This document shows positions 1-12,447 of a DNA stretch of 64,000 nucleotides, piece by piece. The DNA is taken from positions 31,560,001 to 31,624,000 of the forward strand of contig NC_045697.1 in the NCBI RefSeq assembly GCF_009834535.1, written 5' to 3'. The notes beneath the pieces were generated by a model. That model was not told the DNA's origin. It made no database searches and was given only the letters and a program-made list of their open reading frames with translations. Every line of letters starts with the position of its first letter. The first letter of the stretch is position 1. Source of the stretch: Camelus ferus (Eukaryota). Made by a program: the position numbers and the translations under genes.

Positions 1-185
1 TTTTACTATGTGAATAGTTATGATAAATTATAATAAAAAATGAATAACTGAATTTGAGAAGAGAGGTTGTAGAGAGGGAAATCCGTGCAGATAGAATATC
101 AACTGATTTACATTTTTTCTTATTAAATTCAGCTTGGTTCACTCTTTGTATGTGTGTTTTAGGCATACAAATGTACATTTTTTCA

Positions 186-1700
186 TTAAAATAAATCTTG
201 GAATAAATCTGACCAAGGAAGTGAAAGATTTATACGCAGAGAACTACAAAACATTGACTAAGGAAATTAAAGATGACTTAAAGAAATGGAAAGATACCCC
301 ATGTTCTCAGATTAGAAGAGTTAATATTGTTAAAATGGCCATACTACCCAAAGCAATCTAAAGATTTAATATGATTCCTATCAGATTACCAGGACATTTT
401 TCACAGAACTAGAACAAATAATCCTAAAATTTATATGGAATCACAAAATACCCAGAATTGCCAAAGCAATACTGAAGTAAGAATGAAGCTGGAGGACTAA
501 CTTTCCCAGACTTCAGACAATACAACACAACTACAGTAAACAAACAGCAAGGGATTGGTATAAAAATAGGCATATGGATCACTGGAACAGAATAGAGAGC
601 CCAGGTTTGGTCAGTTAATCTTTGACAAAGGAGGCAAGAACATACAATAGAGTAAAGACAGTCTTCAGCAAATAGTGTTGGAATAACTGGACAGCTGCAT
701 GTAAATCAGTGAAGCTAGAACACTCCCTCACACCATACACAAAAATAAACTCAAAATGGCTTAAAGACTTAAACATAAGACAAGACACTATAGACCTCTT
801 AGAAGAAACCTTAGGCAAAACATTATCTGACATAAATCTCAGCAATGTTCTCCTAGGGCAGTCTACCCAGGCAATAGAAATAAAAGCAAAAATTAACAAA
901 TGGGACCTAATTAAACTTATAAACTTTTGCACAGCAAAGGAAACCATAAACAAAACAAAAAGACAATCTATGGAATGGGAGAAAACATTTGTTAAAAGAT
1001 GAGACTGACAAGGGCTTAATTTCCAGAATATATAAACAGCTCATACAACTTAATAAGAAAAAAACAAACAACCCAATCCAAACATGGGCAGAAGACCTAA
1101 ACAAGCAATTCTCCAATGAAGACATGCAAATGACCAAAAGACACATGAAAAAATGCTCAATACTGCTAGTTATCAGAGAAATGCAAATCAAAACTACAAT
1201 GAGATATCAACTCACACAAGTCAGAATGGCCGTCATTCAAAAGTCCACAAATGATAAAAGCGGGAGAGGCTGTGGAGAAAAGGGAACCCTCTTACACTGT
1301 TGTGGGAATGTAGTTTGGTGCAGCCATTATGGAAAACAATATAGAGATTCTTCAAAAAACTAAAAATAGACTTTACCATGTGATCTAGCAATCCCACTCC
1401 TCAGCATATATCCAGAGGCAACTCTAATTTGAAAAGGTACATGCACCCAATGTTCATAGCAGCATTATTTACAATAGCCAAGACATGTAAACAACCTAAA
1501 TGTCCATTGACAGATGACTGAATAAAGAAGTTGTAGTATATTTATACAATGGAATACTTCAGCTATAAAAAAAGAATAAAATAATGCCATTTGCAGCAAC
1601 ATGGATGGACCTGGAGATTGTCATTCTAAGTGAATTAAGCCAGAAAGAGAAAGAAAAAATACCATGTGACATCACTCATACGTGGAATCTAAAAAAAAAA
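186..1700 (+). pseudogene. Disrupted L1 ORF2p (post-RT and C-terminal region), non-functional
   Basis: ORF2 homology is spread over different frames (ORFs 134-361, 709-1002, 989-1363, 1584-1778) with stops and frameshifts between them. Confidence 0.93.
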
Positions 1701-2115
1701 AAAGACAAACAAATTTATTTACAAAACAGTGACAGACTCATAGACACAAAAAACAAACCTGTGGTTACCAGGGGGTAGGGGAAGGGGGTGGGAATGGATA
1801 AATTGAGAGTTTGAGATTTGCAGATACTAACTATTATATATAAAATAGATAAACAACAAGTTCGTACTATATAGCACAGGAAACTATATTCAGTATCTTG
1901 TAGTAACTTATGGTGAAAAAGAATATGAAAATGAATATATGCATATTCATGTATGACTGAAGCATTGTGCTGTACACCAGAAATTGACACATTATAAACT
2001 AACTATACTTCAATTAAAAAATATATGTATTCAGGAAAAAATAAATGAGTAAAAATAAAAAAATTAAAATATATATATATACAAAAAATAAATAAAACAA
2101 GCAAACAACAAAAAG
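186..2115 (+). mobile_element. LINE-1, 5'-truncated (3' part of ORF2, 3'UTR and A-rich tail); relatively young, cetartiodactyl/camelid-like 3'UTR
   Basis: ORF-track peptides are clear L1 ORF2: [89 protein letters not shown] and PFAATWMDLE. A G-rich 3'UTR tract lies at about 1770-1795, the 3' end 'ctatacttcaattaaaaa' at about 2002-2020, and an A-rich extension runs to about 2115. No convincing TSD was found. Confidence 0.97.
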
Positions 2116-2439
2116 AACTCTTCCATAAAATGTCCTCTAAAAGGTCAAGGGCCAATATACTCCTTCATTTAAGTCTTAATTTCATCTTAACTTCCAAAAT
2201 GCCTGCCAGGCAAGAATTCTCTTTCCCTAATTTTTTGTCTCTCTGCTTCTAAAGTTCTCGGTATCCAGATGTCACCTCATTTATTCATTCCTACTGTTGT
2301 CTGGAGATTGCACTGTCCACATCTGTATCTCTTTCCTTCACTTTCTTTCACACAAACAAATCTTCGCCTCCTTACTATCCAAATATGCCAGCTGCCCTCC
2401 TGAAGTCTGATATGTCGCTTTCACATACAAAGTCAATGG

Positions 2440-2645
2440 CTGCTATCACCGATCGTTTGCTCTGTGTCAGACATCATTCTTAACCTTTACACATATTATC
2501 TTAATATTCATAGCCACTGTGTTAGGTAGGTTCTATTCTTATTTTTAACCTATAGCTGAGAAAATGGAGAGGCAATAGTGTTTAAGTAACTGGGCCAAGG
2601 TTACTCAGCTATCAAGTGGAGAAGCCAGGACTGGAACGCAGACAA
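2440..2645 (-). mobile_element. MIR SINE
   Basis: Reverse-complement MIR core: 'ctgagaaaatggagaggc...taagtaactgggccaaggttactcagcta...gccaggactggaac'. Confidence 0.85.
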
Positions 2646-3099
2646 CTATCAACTTCTTGCTCCTGCCTGTTCCACTGCACACTTTTCTACTCATACTGCC
2701 TCCTCTAAGGACACTGAAATTTCATTTTCAATAGAAGGGTCAAAATCTTAAACTTGACTCAAATGACTGGATGAGTTGCAGCCATGAACCTGGAGAAGCA
2801 TAAAGTTAATTTCCTCCAAAGAAGTCAAAATCATTGATCTGGCAAATTTAGCATAATCTTTCACCAGTTACACTCAACTCTCTTCTAAAGATCACTTCAT
2901 TGCTATTTCCACCATTTTCTGCTCACTGTTACTGTTTCCAATATTTCTCTTTTTGCCCATCCACTATTGCTTTATTTTTCTTCCTAGACTGTGGAATCCA
3001 ACAAATTCTCTTAGCTATAACTCTTAAAAATGGTAACATGATTGTATTTTCTCCTTTGAAATCATTTTTATTATTATTTTGAGAAGTCAGGGAGATCTA

Positions 3100-3290
3100 G
3101 AGATTAGGACATTGAATTTGGAATAAAAATCCATGGATTTTAACGTTAGATCTGGATCAAGTGCTGGGCAACATTAAGTAGATGACTTCTCTGAGACTTA
3201 ACCATCTATCTGTAAAACATAGACAATATCTACTTTGTCTCACAAGACTGTTACACGTTTCAAATTCAATAGAATACACAAAAAGCAACT
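3100..3290 (+). mobile_element. MIR SINE (degraded)
   Basis: 'acttctctgagacttaaccatctatctgtaaaac...ctcacaagactgtt' follows the MIR core layout. Confidence 0.65.
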
Positions 3291-4759
3291 AAAATACCCA
3301 TTAGCTGTAGGTTATCTTTGCAATATATTCTTGCTATAGGTTATCTTTAGAACATGATTATTTTGATATTAATCTGTTTTAACTTTTGTCAAAAATCGGC
3401 CACCTTAAAATATGAGGTTTTATGTATGTGCTGCATCAGAGTTTCTAAAAAGATTAAAAGAAATACATAAGCGTAAAGTCATCCCTCATTGTTATTTCTT
3501 GTCATGAAGGTAGTAGGAAGATGGTCCAGCTAATAGGCTTCTTACATCTATCTTTGTCTAGATGCAGGTCGGCTTATTCATTTGTTTACTGAGAAAGTTG
3601 TGGAAGGATTGAGTTAGTTCAGGAACTTGATTTGGTTTACAGAAATATGATCTGAAATTGCAAAAAGCCAATGTTAAGTGAGTTAACAGAAAAATGGTAC
3701 TATCAGAACACTTTCAACTGTTGTGTGCTATTCCAGGTGGAAAAATTAACTATTGCTTTGAACAGTTTTACAGGTATGTTTTATTTATGTGTTATACTCA
3801 AACGCTGTTCAGTCATATTACCTTGCTATTCACGACAAATTATCCGGAGATACGCTGAACTTTGTAGACTAAATTGAACCATCTGTTATATATGTAAACC
3901 CTGAATTCTTTGAAATGTTTTCAACTCAGAAAAAAAAAATGAATGTTTACTTTTACTGAAAAATTTTAGTGATTTGCAACAGTCATTTAAAATCTGTTTC
4001 TATGAAGCTATAGTGTATGTGAAGCAAATGGATTTCGGAGTCTAACTATACTTGCAAATTATTTTTCTTCCCTCATTAAAAGTAATAGAGAACTTCCCAA
4101 GTAAACTTCAAAAGGCCAAGATGTCAGTTCTAACAGTTCAGCTGTTGGTAAAATCATTACTATAATAGAAGCTCACTTTGAAAACTCTATTAAGGCAGAC
4201 CCATAAACAAATAAATATGATGCACGGGTGAGAAATGTCAAACTCAAAGCAGACATAAGGAGCCATGAGCTCGTTAGGATTAGGTTTTGCTTGGAGGAAT
4301 GAAATGAGTAGTCACGTTTTAGGGTGGACCTGAAGAAGGCGCTCCAGCAGGCATGAAAATCACATGGTTTGCTGGGAAAGGGAATTAACTAGAGTAGAGG
4401 AGATCAAGTAGGACATTGACAGAGAAGCCAGCCTGTCTGTCTCCCAGGGCTCACGTTCAATAAAGGAATCTAAGTTGTGGCTTTACTGGATTGATGTCCC
4501 CATTTTTTTCAGTCCTGCCTGTATGTATAGAGCTCTGGTAATCTCTTGCTTAGAGTATAGTAATTTCTTTCTTCCTTGTCACCTAGCCTTCAGCCTCTAT
4601 TCTTTCCTAACTGATTTATGTACTTTTGACCAACTCATTATCTTGGTCTAGCACGTCAGCAATTAGTATGCACTGTTTACTGCTCTTTAATAACCATTCA
4701 CAAACGGTTCTCTGTCAGTGACATCCCACCCGTTTCACTTTATAATAATGCTTGTCACT

Positions 4760-4892
4760 TCTCTGCAGTATTTACCATACTTAAAACCCTAGGAGGGCAA
4801 AGAACAGATCAGTATTGTTTACAGTTGTAATCCTGTTATCTTTAATGATGTAGAGCACAAAGTGATTACTCAAAACATTTTTGAAATAAATT
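4760..4892 (+). mobile_element. L2 LINE 3' end fragment
   Basis: 'ggagggcaaagaacag...gagcacaaagtgattactcaaaacatttttgaaataaat' resembles the L2 terminus. Confidence 0.55.
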
Positions 4893-5321
4893 CTTGCCTG
4901 AGTTTATCTTCCCAATAGATGCAATTTCATATCCCCCTTCTGATAAAAATATCTATTTTACTAACCTTTATTATGTATTGGTTTATTCTGTTTCCATCCT
5001 AGTCTGGACAGTTAGCCCACCAAATTATCATCTCTCATTACTTAAATTTTGTCTTAATTGAGGTGTGCACTCAATGCTGTGGGACTCTAAATTATTGTTT
5101 ATTTGTTCATTTCATATTCCAAAGCACATTAGCCAATTTCCCTCTGTCATGCTAATGGGAAGTATTTGAATAGGAGCCAATTAAAATTTTTTTCCTAATC
5201 ATCACTTATGAACTATTTCAGAATATTTGCAGATTCTATACACATACACACCCCTAGTATTTTCAGTAGGATTCATGCTTATAAATAAAGGAGACTAACA
5301 CAACTCTGAGTATATGCATGC

Positions 5322-5674
5322 TATATTAGTCATCTTGGGCTTCTGTTACAAAATACATAAATTGGATGGCCTGAACGATAAACATTAATTTCTCACAGTT
5401 CTGGAAGCTGGAGAGTCTGAGACCAGAGTGCCAGCATGGTTAGGTTCTGGTGAGAGCCTTCTTCCTGGCTTGCAGCCTGTTGCCTTCTTGTTGTATATTC
5501 ACCTAGCAGAGAGAGAAAATTGTCTATTCTTATAAGGGCAGGTACTAATCCCATCACAAGCGTTCCACCGTCATGGCCTAATTACCTACCAACGGCCCAG
5601 CTTCAAATACTAGCACACTGGAGCCTAGGACTTCAACGTATAAATTTTGGAGGGACACAATTCAGTCCATAGCA
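5322..5674 (-). mobile_element. ERVL-MaLR solo LTR (MLT1A/MLT1A0-like)
   Basis: Diagnostic segments: 'tttctcacagttctggaagctggagagtctgagaccagagtgccagcatggttaggttctggtgagagcc', 'cttataagggc..actaatcccatc' and 'ggagggacacaattcagtccatagca'. Flanked by CATGC (5317-5321) and CATGT (5675-5679), a 5-bp TSD with one mismatch. Confidence 0.92.
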
Positions 5675-5869
5675 CATGTGTATATAAACCCATGTACATA
5701 CACACACATATACATTTTTCCCCTGAATTTATGCTTTATATTAGTCCTACTTACTTGTCGAGAGCAAAGTGTGATCAGTGGACTCTGGGAATGTCTGAGG
5801 CATATTCAGCAGGGGTGTCTGCTAGGTTAAAACTATTTTAATAAGAATAGGAAGGCATTATTTGCCTTT

Positions 5870-6735
5870 TTCATTTTATCGCTATTTGCACTGAGGTGCA
5901 AAAGCATGATTTGTGAAATTGTGAATGGCTCAGCATGAATCAAGACAGTCGCCTTTGTATGGCAAAAACACACATGTGATTGAGTTGTGACCTAAATACT
6001 CATATTTTTTCACAGGATACAATTTTTACTTTAAAGAGCAACTGACAGATAGGCTAGTTAATCAGGTTTGGGTACTGAGCAGTTATTTTGTCAAAAAGAA
6101 AGAAAGTAAGCCTGTCATTTCAAGGAAAATAAGTGACAGGACTTACTGCTAATGATAAAATTCATGCTTTCAAGCGACAGAATTTCAGAAAACTTATTTG
6201 CATCATCATAAGCCTGACAGCTTTAATTTTCTGATGAGTTTGATGATTATATTAACAAATGTGATATTTTAAAATTGTAAAATGAAATGTGTCAACATTT
6301 TGAAGGCTTGCGTGTTTAGTGAGTCAATATTTTCCAAATGGCCAATAAATAGTGGCATAAAATTATACGTGGGTAAAAGGTTAATTCAAAGTGCAAAAGG
6401 GACAATGATTTTTTAATTGTAACATAATATGGAAATGTCATTAAAATATTTTCAGAATACCCACTGCAACTATCTTATAAGAAAGATTACATGTAGAGTT
6501 TTGGTGTAGTATCAAGGAAGAATATCCCAAATAATTAACAAAGGCTCTTGAAAATTACTCTCTTTTCTGACTTCAGCGGGAACCAGGTTTTATTTATGGA
6601 TACCAAATAAAACATACTGAAATATATTGACCATAGAAACAAATGTGAAAATCTAGCTGTCTTTTATTAATCCAGACATTAAAGAGATATACAGAAATAC
6701 TATACAATACTATTCTCAGTAATTTTTTGGTTAAA
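5870..6735 (+). mobile_element. hAT-Charlie DNA transposon remnant (Charlie1/Charlie1a-like), 3' transposase region
   Basis: Matches recalled Charlie1 segments: 'tttttactttaaagagcaactgacaga', 'gcctgtcatttcaaggaaaa', 'gctaatgataaaattcatgctttcaagcga', 'gagttttggtgtagtatcaaggaagaatatcc' and 'ccagacattaaagagat'. Confidence 0.85.
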
Positions 6736-6739
6736 AGCA

Positions 6740-6860
6740 AATGAGAGATTGAAAGCTTTTATCTGGACTGGAAAACACTGCCCTTATCTTTGTGTCTTCA
6801 TGAGCATACTGTGTTCATACAAAGTTGATACTTAACAAGTGCTTGAAAGATTGAATGGAC
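6740..6860 (+). mobile_element. L2 3' end fragment
   Basis: 'cttatctttgtgtcttc...catacaaagttgatacttaacaagtgcttgaaagattgaatgga'. Confidence 0.5.
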
Positions 6861-8199
6861 ACATTTAGATTATAGAAATCACATGTATATATTTGAACAA
6901 GGGAAAAGCTGTGATAACTGTGGTGTTTGAGAGAGAATGGTCTCTAACTATACTTGCTGTAGAATGTGCTAAAGTGATGGGCTAAGGTAGTGAGTGTCTG
7001 GGTGAAATGTTTATAGAGGTAGGAGGGATTGTGGAATATGAGAGATAGGCTCATGGCAGCACTTGGCAACCCGCTGGCTATAAAGGGAAAAAAGAGAAAC
7101 AACAGCAAAGAGAAGCCCAAGTTAACTGACACAATAAGCCATTACGTGCCATTAAAAAGTGATGAATTGTTCTAGTTTGGAAGTAAAAACATATTGAGCC
7201 AATTTCCAAGAACGAATCTCCTAAATCACTGTGAATGTTGTGTTTGCTATAAAAGCATGCTGAGTTTCTTTCATTTCCAGGTGCCATAGGCTGTTTTTTT
7301 TTTTTTTTTTCCCAAAAGTACAGCTACTGTAATTCCATCATCTAAGCATTCAGGTTTTGTTTGTGTCCTCTGGCCTGTCTACAGAACCAAACTGAGTCAG
7401 TAAACTGAACGATTATCTAGTATATGACTGACCAAGCTAATAGTCAGACTTCATATGGGAAGACATAATGATTTCTGATTCATAATCTCTCCATAATTAC
7501 TAAACTTTATACAAATGGGACTCATTTATGGAACTTGCTGTGATCACATTCAGATATAACAAAATGACTTGTCACCATGTGCTCTTATATGTTCTGTTAC
7601 GCACCTTTAATAAGGAATAGTATTTTCTAAATTTTATTTATAGGAGCAGTGCCAGTGAAGGAAATTGACATTGCTAAGGCTTAGAAGAGTACACAGAGGA
7701 AATGAAAGACAGTTAGATATGAACTGTTATTTTGTTTATCAAGCTTGTGCCCTCTCCCCTAGAATAAGCCACAGCAGATGACCAGGAGTATACTTGGATA
7801 CTCCTCTAGGCAGAAACTTGTCTCAATTATGATATTTTTTAAATGCCAGAATTTCATTGAGTTTTCTGAGAAAAAAAGGAAGGAAGGAAGGAAGGAAATG
7901 TACACCAACCTTAAATACAGAGTGAAGCCAATTTTCATAATTAATAGTAACAATTTCAATAACAATAACACTTAGAGATAATGTATTCTGTTCAGGTCTT
8001 GATTTAAATCCATCACATGTAGAGCAGAAATGATAGTATTGCGAGTTTTTCTCACTTTTCTGCATTTCCCCCATAATACTTTTGTGAATGCTCTGGAAAG
8101 TAGCTAAGAAGTTAGAACAGATCCTGAGAAGGAGAGTGACTCTGGATACCTAAAGTAAGCAAGTAAAGCTAAGGATTAAAATCTTGTTCTTTACAGCTG

Positions 8200-8565
8200 T
8201 TCAGCCCCTAGTTCAACTCTGGAGCTGCTACCTATGACTTTGAGCAAGTTACTGAATCTCTGCGGTATGTAGTTTCCTCATCTACAAATGTTGGTTAACC
8301 TTGATTCTTAATTCATAGTGCTGTAACTGGAAGTCATTTAATGTGATGCCAAATGTCACTGACTTCTAAAACCAAGTCCACCTCTTACTAGCTGTGTAAC
8401 TTTGAGCTGTCTTACCTGACCTGTCTTTGCCTCCATTTCCTCATTTGTAAAAAAGAAAAAAATAAACCTCCTCCTTTCATTAACCCACCAGAATCAAATA
8501 TTAAAATCTTTGTAATGAATTTAGCTGAGAATCTAGCCCAAGGGAGCACTCAATAAATACTTGTC
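8200..8565 (+). mobile_element. Two tandem MIR fragments (about 8200-8340 and 8360-8565)
   Basis: Two copies of the MIR core: 'tgactttgagcaagttactgaatctct...gtttcctcatct' and 'cttactagctgtgtaactttg...gcctccatttcctcatttgtaaaa...gcactcaataaat'. Confidence 0.85.
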
Positions 8566-8796
8566 ATGGAACATACATGCTCATGGAAATATAACTTCTT
8601 TTGCTTTCTCTATTTTAATTTATTCTTGAGTTTTTGCTTTGCTCAAGAGCAGACCAAGTAATCTTGGTAATTGTTGGTAAACTCAGTAATTTCAGGAGGG
8701 AGCAAGTCTTCAATATTTGAAAGTTGTCTTCTGTCTTCTGTTGGTGAGTACTGCTGAAGTAAGTCACTCTATCTCTCTCCCTTAAAGAAAGAAAGC

Positions 8797-8820
8797 AAAA
8801 AAAAAAAAAAAAAAAAAAAA
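8797..8820 (+). repeat. Poly(A)24 tract
   Basis: Directly visible. Confidence 0.95.
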
Positions 8821-11574
8821 GCCTTCATTGCTTCTCTAATGAGAACTATGATGGACCCAATGGCATCTCTAAGAATCTTAGCATCCTTCCAGGTTATAAC
8901 TTATACCATATGGAACAAATATGGAGACATTCACTCTTGCTTAACCGTTACTTTTATCTCTATCTCTGGAGGAAACATTCCCTTTTTTTGGGAAAAATCA
9001 CCTTTTGCTTTCTCCTCTCTTCATGGTCAATAAAAGGAGAAAATCTGATAGCTATTCTTTTTACTTATCTTTGTACTCCATCCCACAGAGGAGAGGAAAT
9101 TTCCCATAGAGGAGAATGCATGTCTGTTTGCTGATGGTTATACCTCCCCACAGTAGAACAGGCACCCTGCATGTTCTCAGCAAATATTTGTTGAGGAAAT
9201 AAAAGACTTCTTGAAGCCCATGACTCCTGATTTTCAAAACCATTTTTCTGAAACTCTAACCATCAAAATAATCTTCTAAAAATCTTGACTGAGTTCCTGC
9301 AAATCAAAACATCTTAAATTACAAGACACATAAGAATTTAAAGAAATCTGTTTTAGAAGTTCTAATTACCATTATCTTTAAAATTTAATGAGAGTTTCCA
9401 CTGGGCTTGGCATAATCAGAGAATTTAATCTAGTGCTAACTCATTAACAATCTTTCATGGTCTCCCATTCCTGGGGCAGATGAATGCCCTTGAAAAAATG
9501 AATACCTGTAGACTATTGAGGGAAGACAGAAAAGGTAACTTGAAAAAAAAATACAAGAAATAAAAAGTTCGTATATGCAGAAAAGATGACAGAAGATTGG
9601 GAAGACTTCTTCCCTGTTTATTAGAGGAGAATACAGTTCCTAAGGTCACCTTTCTGCTGTTGGAGAGACAGACAATGACAGCTACCAAGGACCTGAAACC
9701 CTCGGAATTGAGTAAGAATGGACCTCTGGTGAAGCAGATTTTGAGATTAAAAAAATCATTTCTTTTCTTGTATTCTCCCTGAGCATCCTCATACTGCCCT
9801 AATTTTATGCAGTGCACAATAGCTTTAAAAATAAAGGCGTTATGTTCATTCCTGTGGAAGACTGATCATGATTGGCTGAAAATTAGCATATATTGAAACA
9901 GTAAAGACCACCACTTAAAATATATAACCAGAAGAAATATTGGCCATGTTCCTTAACTCCCTAGTTAACTATTGGGCATTTGAATCCCAAATCAACGTAC
10001 AGAGAGACAATTAGCCTAGATGAACATTTGCTGGTGTTCTGTTTCATTCATATATCTCATCTTTTGTTTTAAAGCCAACTTTGGGCTTTTTTTTCTCTCT
10101 TCTTTGTTAATAAACTGTGATCATGTCTTGTAATGAATAAACTCGTAAACCATCTGGCGGTTGTCTCACGGCTCATTACATGCTATGGGCCACTCTGAGA
10201 AGCTGCCTCAGGTGACATTTCAACTGGTGCGTGCAGAGAAAATCACGTTTTATTACTGAAATCAAATTTTGGAAAAAAGAGAGTTCTCCTTTTTCTTGAC
10301 ATTGATATCTCAGATCAAGGTAAGGTTCGTCAGATAATAATTCAACCATAATTGCAGCTTTGGGTTGTAAATGACAATTCTCCGCACATACATAACTATG
10401 TGCTTTAAATCAGCTAAGGAGATAATGTTTACAGACTAGGGCTACTGTGTTTTCTAGCATACTTTTCACTTCTTGATGATTAATTATGTATTTTTATATT
10501 ACTGCATTGTTTTGTAAAGTGCTGTGAATATTTTATGGGGACTAGGAACTGGGAGTCTGAAATGGCATTCTGATGCTCTTCCTGGGATCAAATTGTGCCT
10601 TTAGAGACTTCATCGTCATGGACATGTGAGTTTCTCTTCAAGATATGCTACCACATGTCTCATTTTTGGTTCAGATCCTCCACTTTTAATACTGTGGTGT
10701 CTTCTGTGCATACTGTTTTTTCTTGGCAATAATCACAATTAGTGCTCTGAATAGCAATCCATCATTCTGTTGTCAGTTAACAATAAGTTTACCGTGGCTG
10801 GGAAACTGCGTGGAAACTATATTTTCAAGGAATAAAGCTTAGAAGGAAAAGAGCATCCAAAGTGTTCACAATACACAAATGAGATCTATTAAATTCATAA
10901 TTTAATTCAGGCGGATTATGTCATATACATTCTACTATGTAGCTGTGAGACAGAGCTATAATCTGGGTAAATGCAAACAATCTACAAAGAATATGTGTGT
11001 AAATTATTTTTAAATGTATTTTTCCCTTGGAAATAAAATGTTTAAATTGTCTTGTTTTTACCTGAGAGAGAGCTTAAGTTTGCTTGATTGATGAAAGTCA
11101 AAGGGCAGAGTATTTAAAGAAGTAGCTTTGGTGTAAGGGGATTGAAAGACAATTTTCAGATTTCAGGAAAGGAGATCTTGACAAAAAAATTTTCTAAAAT
11201 TTTACTAGATGCTTAGAAACACCAACTCAACAAGCTCCTCAAGATACTATAATATCTGCCAATACACTTGTATTTTTATTTATTTCATGGCACCAATACC
11301 TGAAAATTACTATGGTTATAAGTAACACTGGTAGTAGTTTATTTGAGTAGTTGATTTCCAGATGGATGTGAAAACACACAGATCTGCCCACACAAAGCAA
11401 GAGAATGAATATACAATGATTAAAGAGATTTGAGTTGGTTAACAAAAATTAGGAAATAGCATTCTTGAAGAAATGTTATAATACAGGGAAAGACTAGGCG
11501 GTTTCCTTTTAGAGTCAGATAATGCATTTATACTTCTCTACACATGTGGATGATATTCTTTGTTGCAATGAGAT

Positions 11575-11820
11575 TTAGTGCAAAAAAAGCCCCTCTGGAC
11601 TGAGAATCTCGAGACCTTAGATTTTATTCTGTCTCTTTTTTCCTCTGTGACCTTAGACAAGTCATTTTTGCCACCAGTTTCAGTTCCCTCTTGGCCGAAG
11701 GAAGGTAACGCTATACCTAGAACTGAGGTGCCGGCTGAACAGATCTGTGGCGAGGCTAATTAAAATAGTTAAAAGCATTTTCAGAGTTAAAATATAGTTC
11801 AGAATAAAATGTGAGGAGGT
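11575..11820 (+). mobile_element. MIR-family SINE
   Basis: 'ctggactgagaatctcgagaccttagatttta...ctgtgaccttagacaagtcattt...aaagcattttcagag'. Confidence 0.7.
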
Positions 11821-11879
11821 GTATGCTTTAGTTTTAAGCCTGGTTCTGTCACTTAATCACTTTAGCCTAATCATGTATC

Positions 11880-11881
<2 letters not shown>

Positions 11882-11910
<29 letters not shown>
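11882..11910. repeat. (TG)14 microsatellite
   Basis: Directly visible. Confidence 0.95.
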
Positions 11911-11914
<4 letters not shown>

Positions 11915-11944
11915 TTATCTTTTACACGTTGTCAACTTAATGCT

Positions 11945-12447
11945 CTTCCTCAAAGGCAAATATAAGCACACCACTCCCACAGTTTCCTCTAAGATAAAAT
12001 CCATATTAATTAGTATATTAGAGTAACACTTGTTCTGAATCTGTTCTGCTTCTACAGCATCTTCTCTTGGTAAATCTTGGGCTAACTAAATGTTGGACTA
12101 ACTATTTGCTTTTCCTGACAGTGGTGGGCTCCCTCGCCTCTGGGCCTTTCTTAAGCTGTGCCTTTGCATGGAATGTCTGTCACTCTTCTTCATTTACTTC
12201 TCTGCAACCCATCGTATAAAATTCAATGTATCTGTGACATTCCTGAATCCCAAAAGTGTCCCCACTATGTTTCCACAGCACAATATGCTTGGCACCACTG
12301 GTGCCACCATAACTATATTGAGATTCCTGTTTGCCCTGTGTGTCTATGGGATTCTAAGTCCCTTGAAGGGGAGAGGCGTTTTCCTTTGTATTTTTCCTTA
12401 GATGCAGTACTGAAAGGAGGCACACACAGTGCTAAGCAGTGTTGATT
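11945..12447 (+). mobile_element. L2 LINE 3' portion
   Basis: 'gcctctgggccttt...gctgtgcctttgcatggaatg', 'taagtcccttgaaggggagaggc...gcacacacagtgctaagcagtgttga'. Confidence 0.75.

Noticed and set aside
615..1990. Minus-strand ORFs 615-953, 907-1191 and 1715-1990
   Set aside because: They are antisense translations of L1 ORF2 and the 3'UTR, not genes.
8783..8822. Poly(A)24 as a poly(A)-only retro-insertion
   Set aside because: Only AAAGC is repeated on both sides, which is too short to call a TSD. Slippage explains it equally well.
9597..9782. 61-aa ORF with possible splice sites (tttattag ... GA|GTAAGA)
   Set aside because: No recognisable protein, weak sites, and no supporting neighbouring exons.
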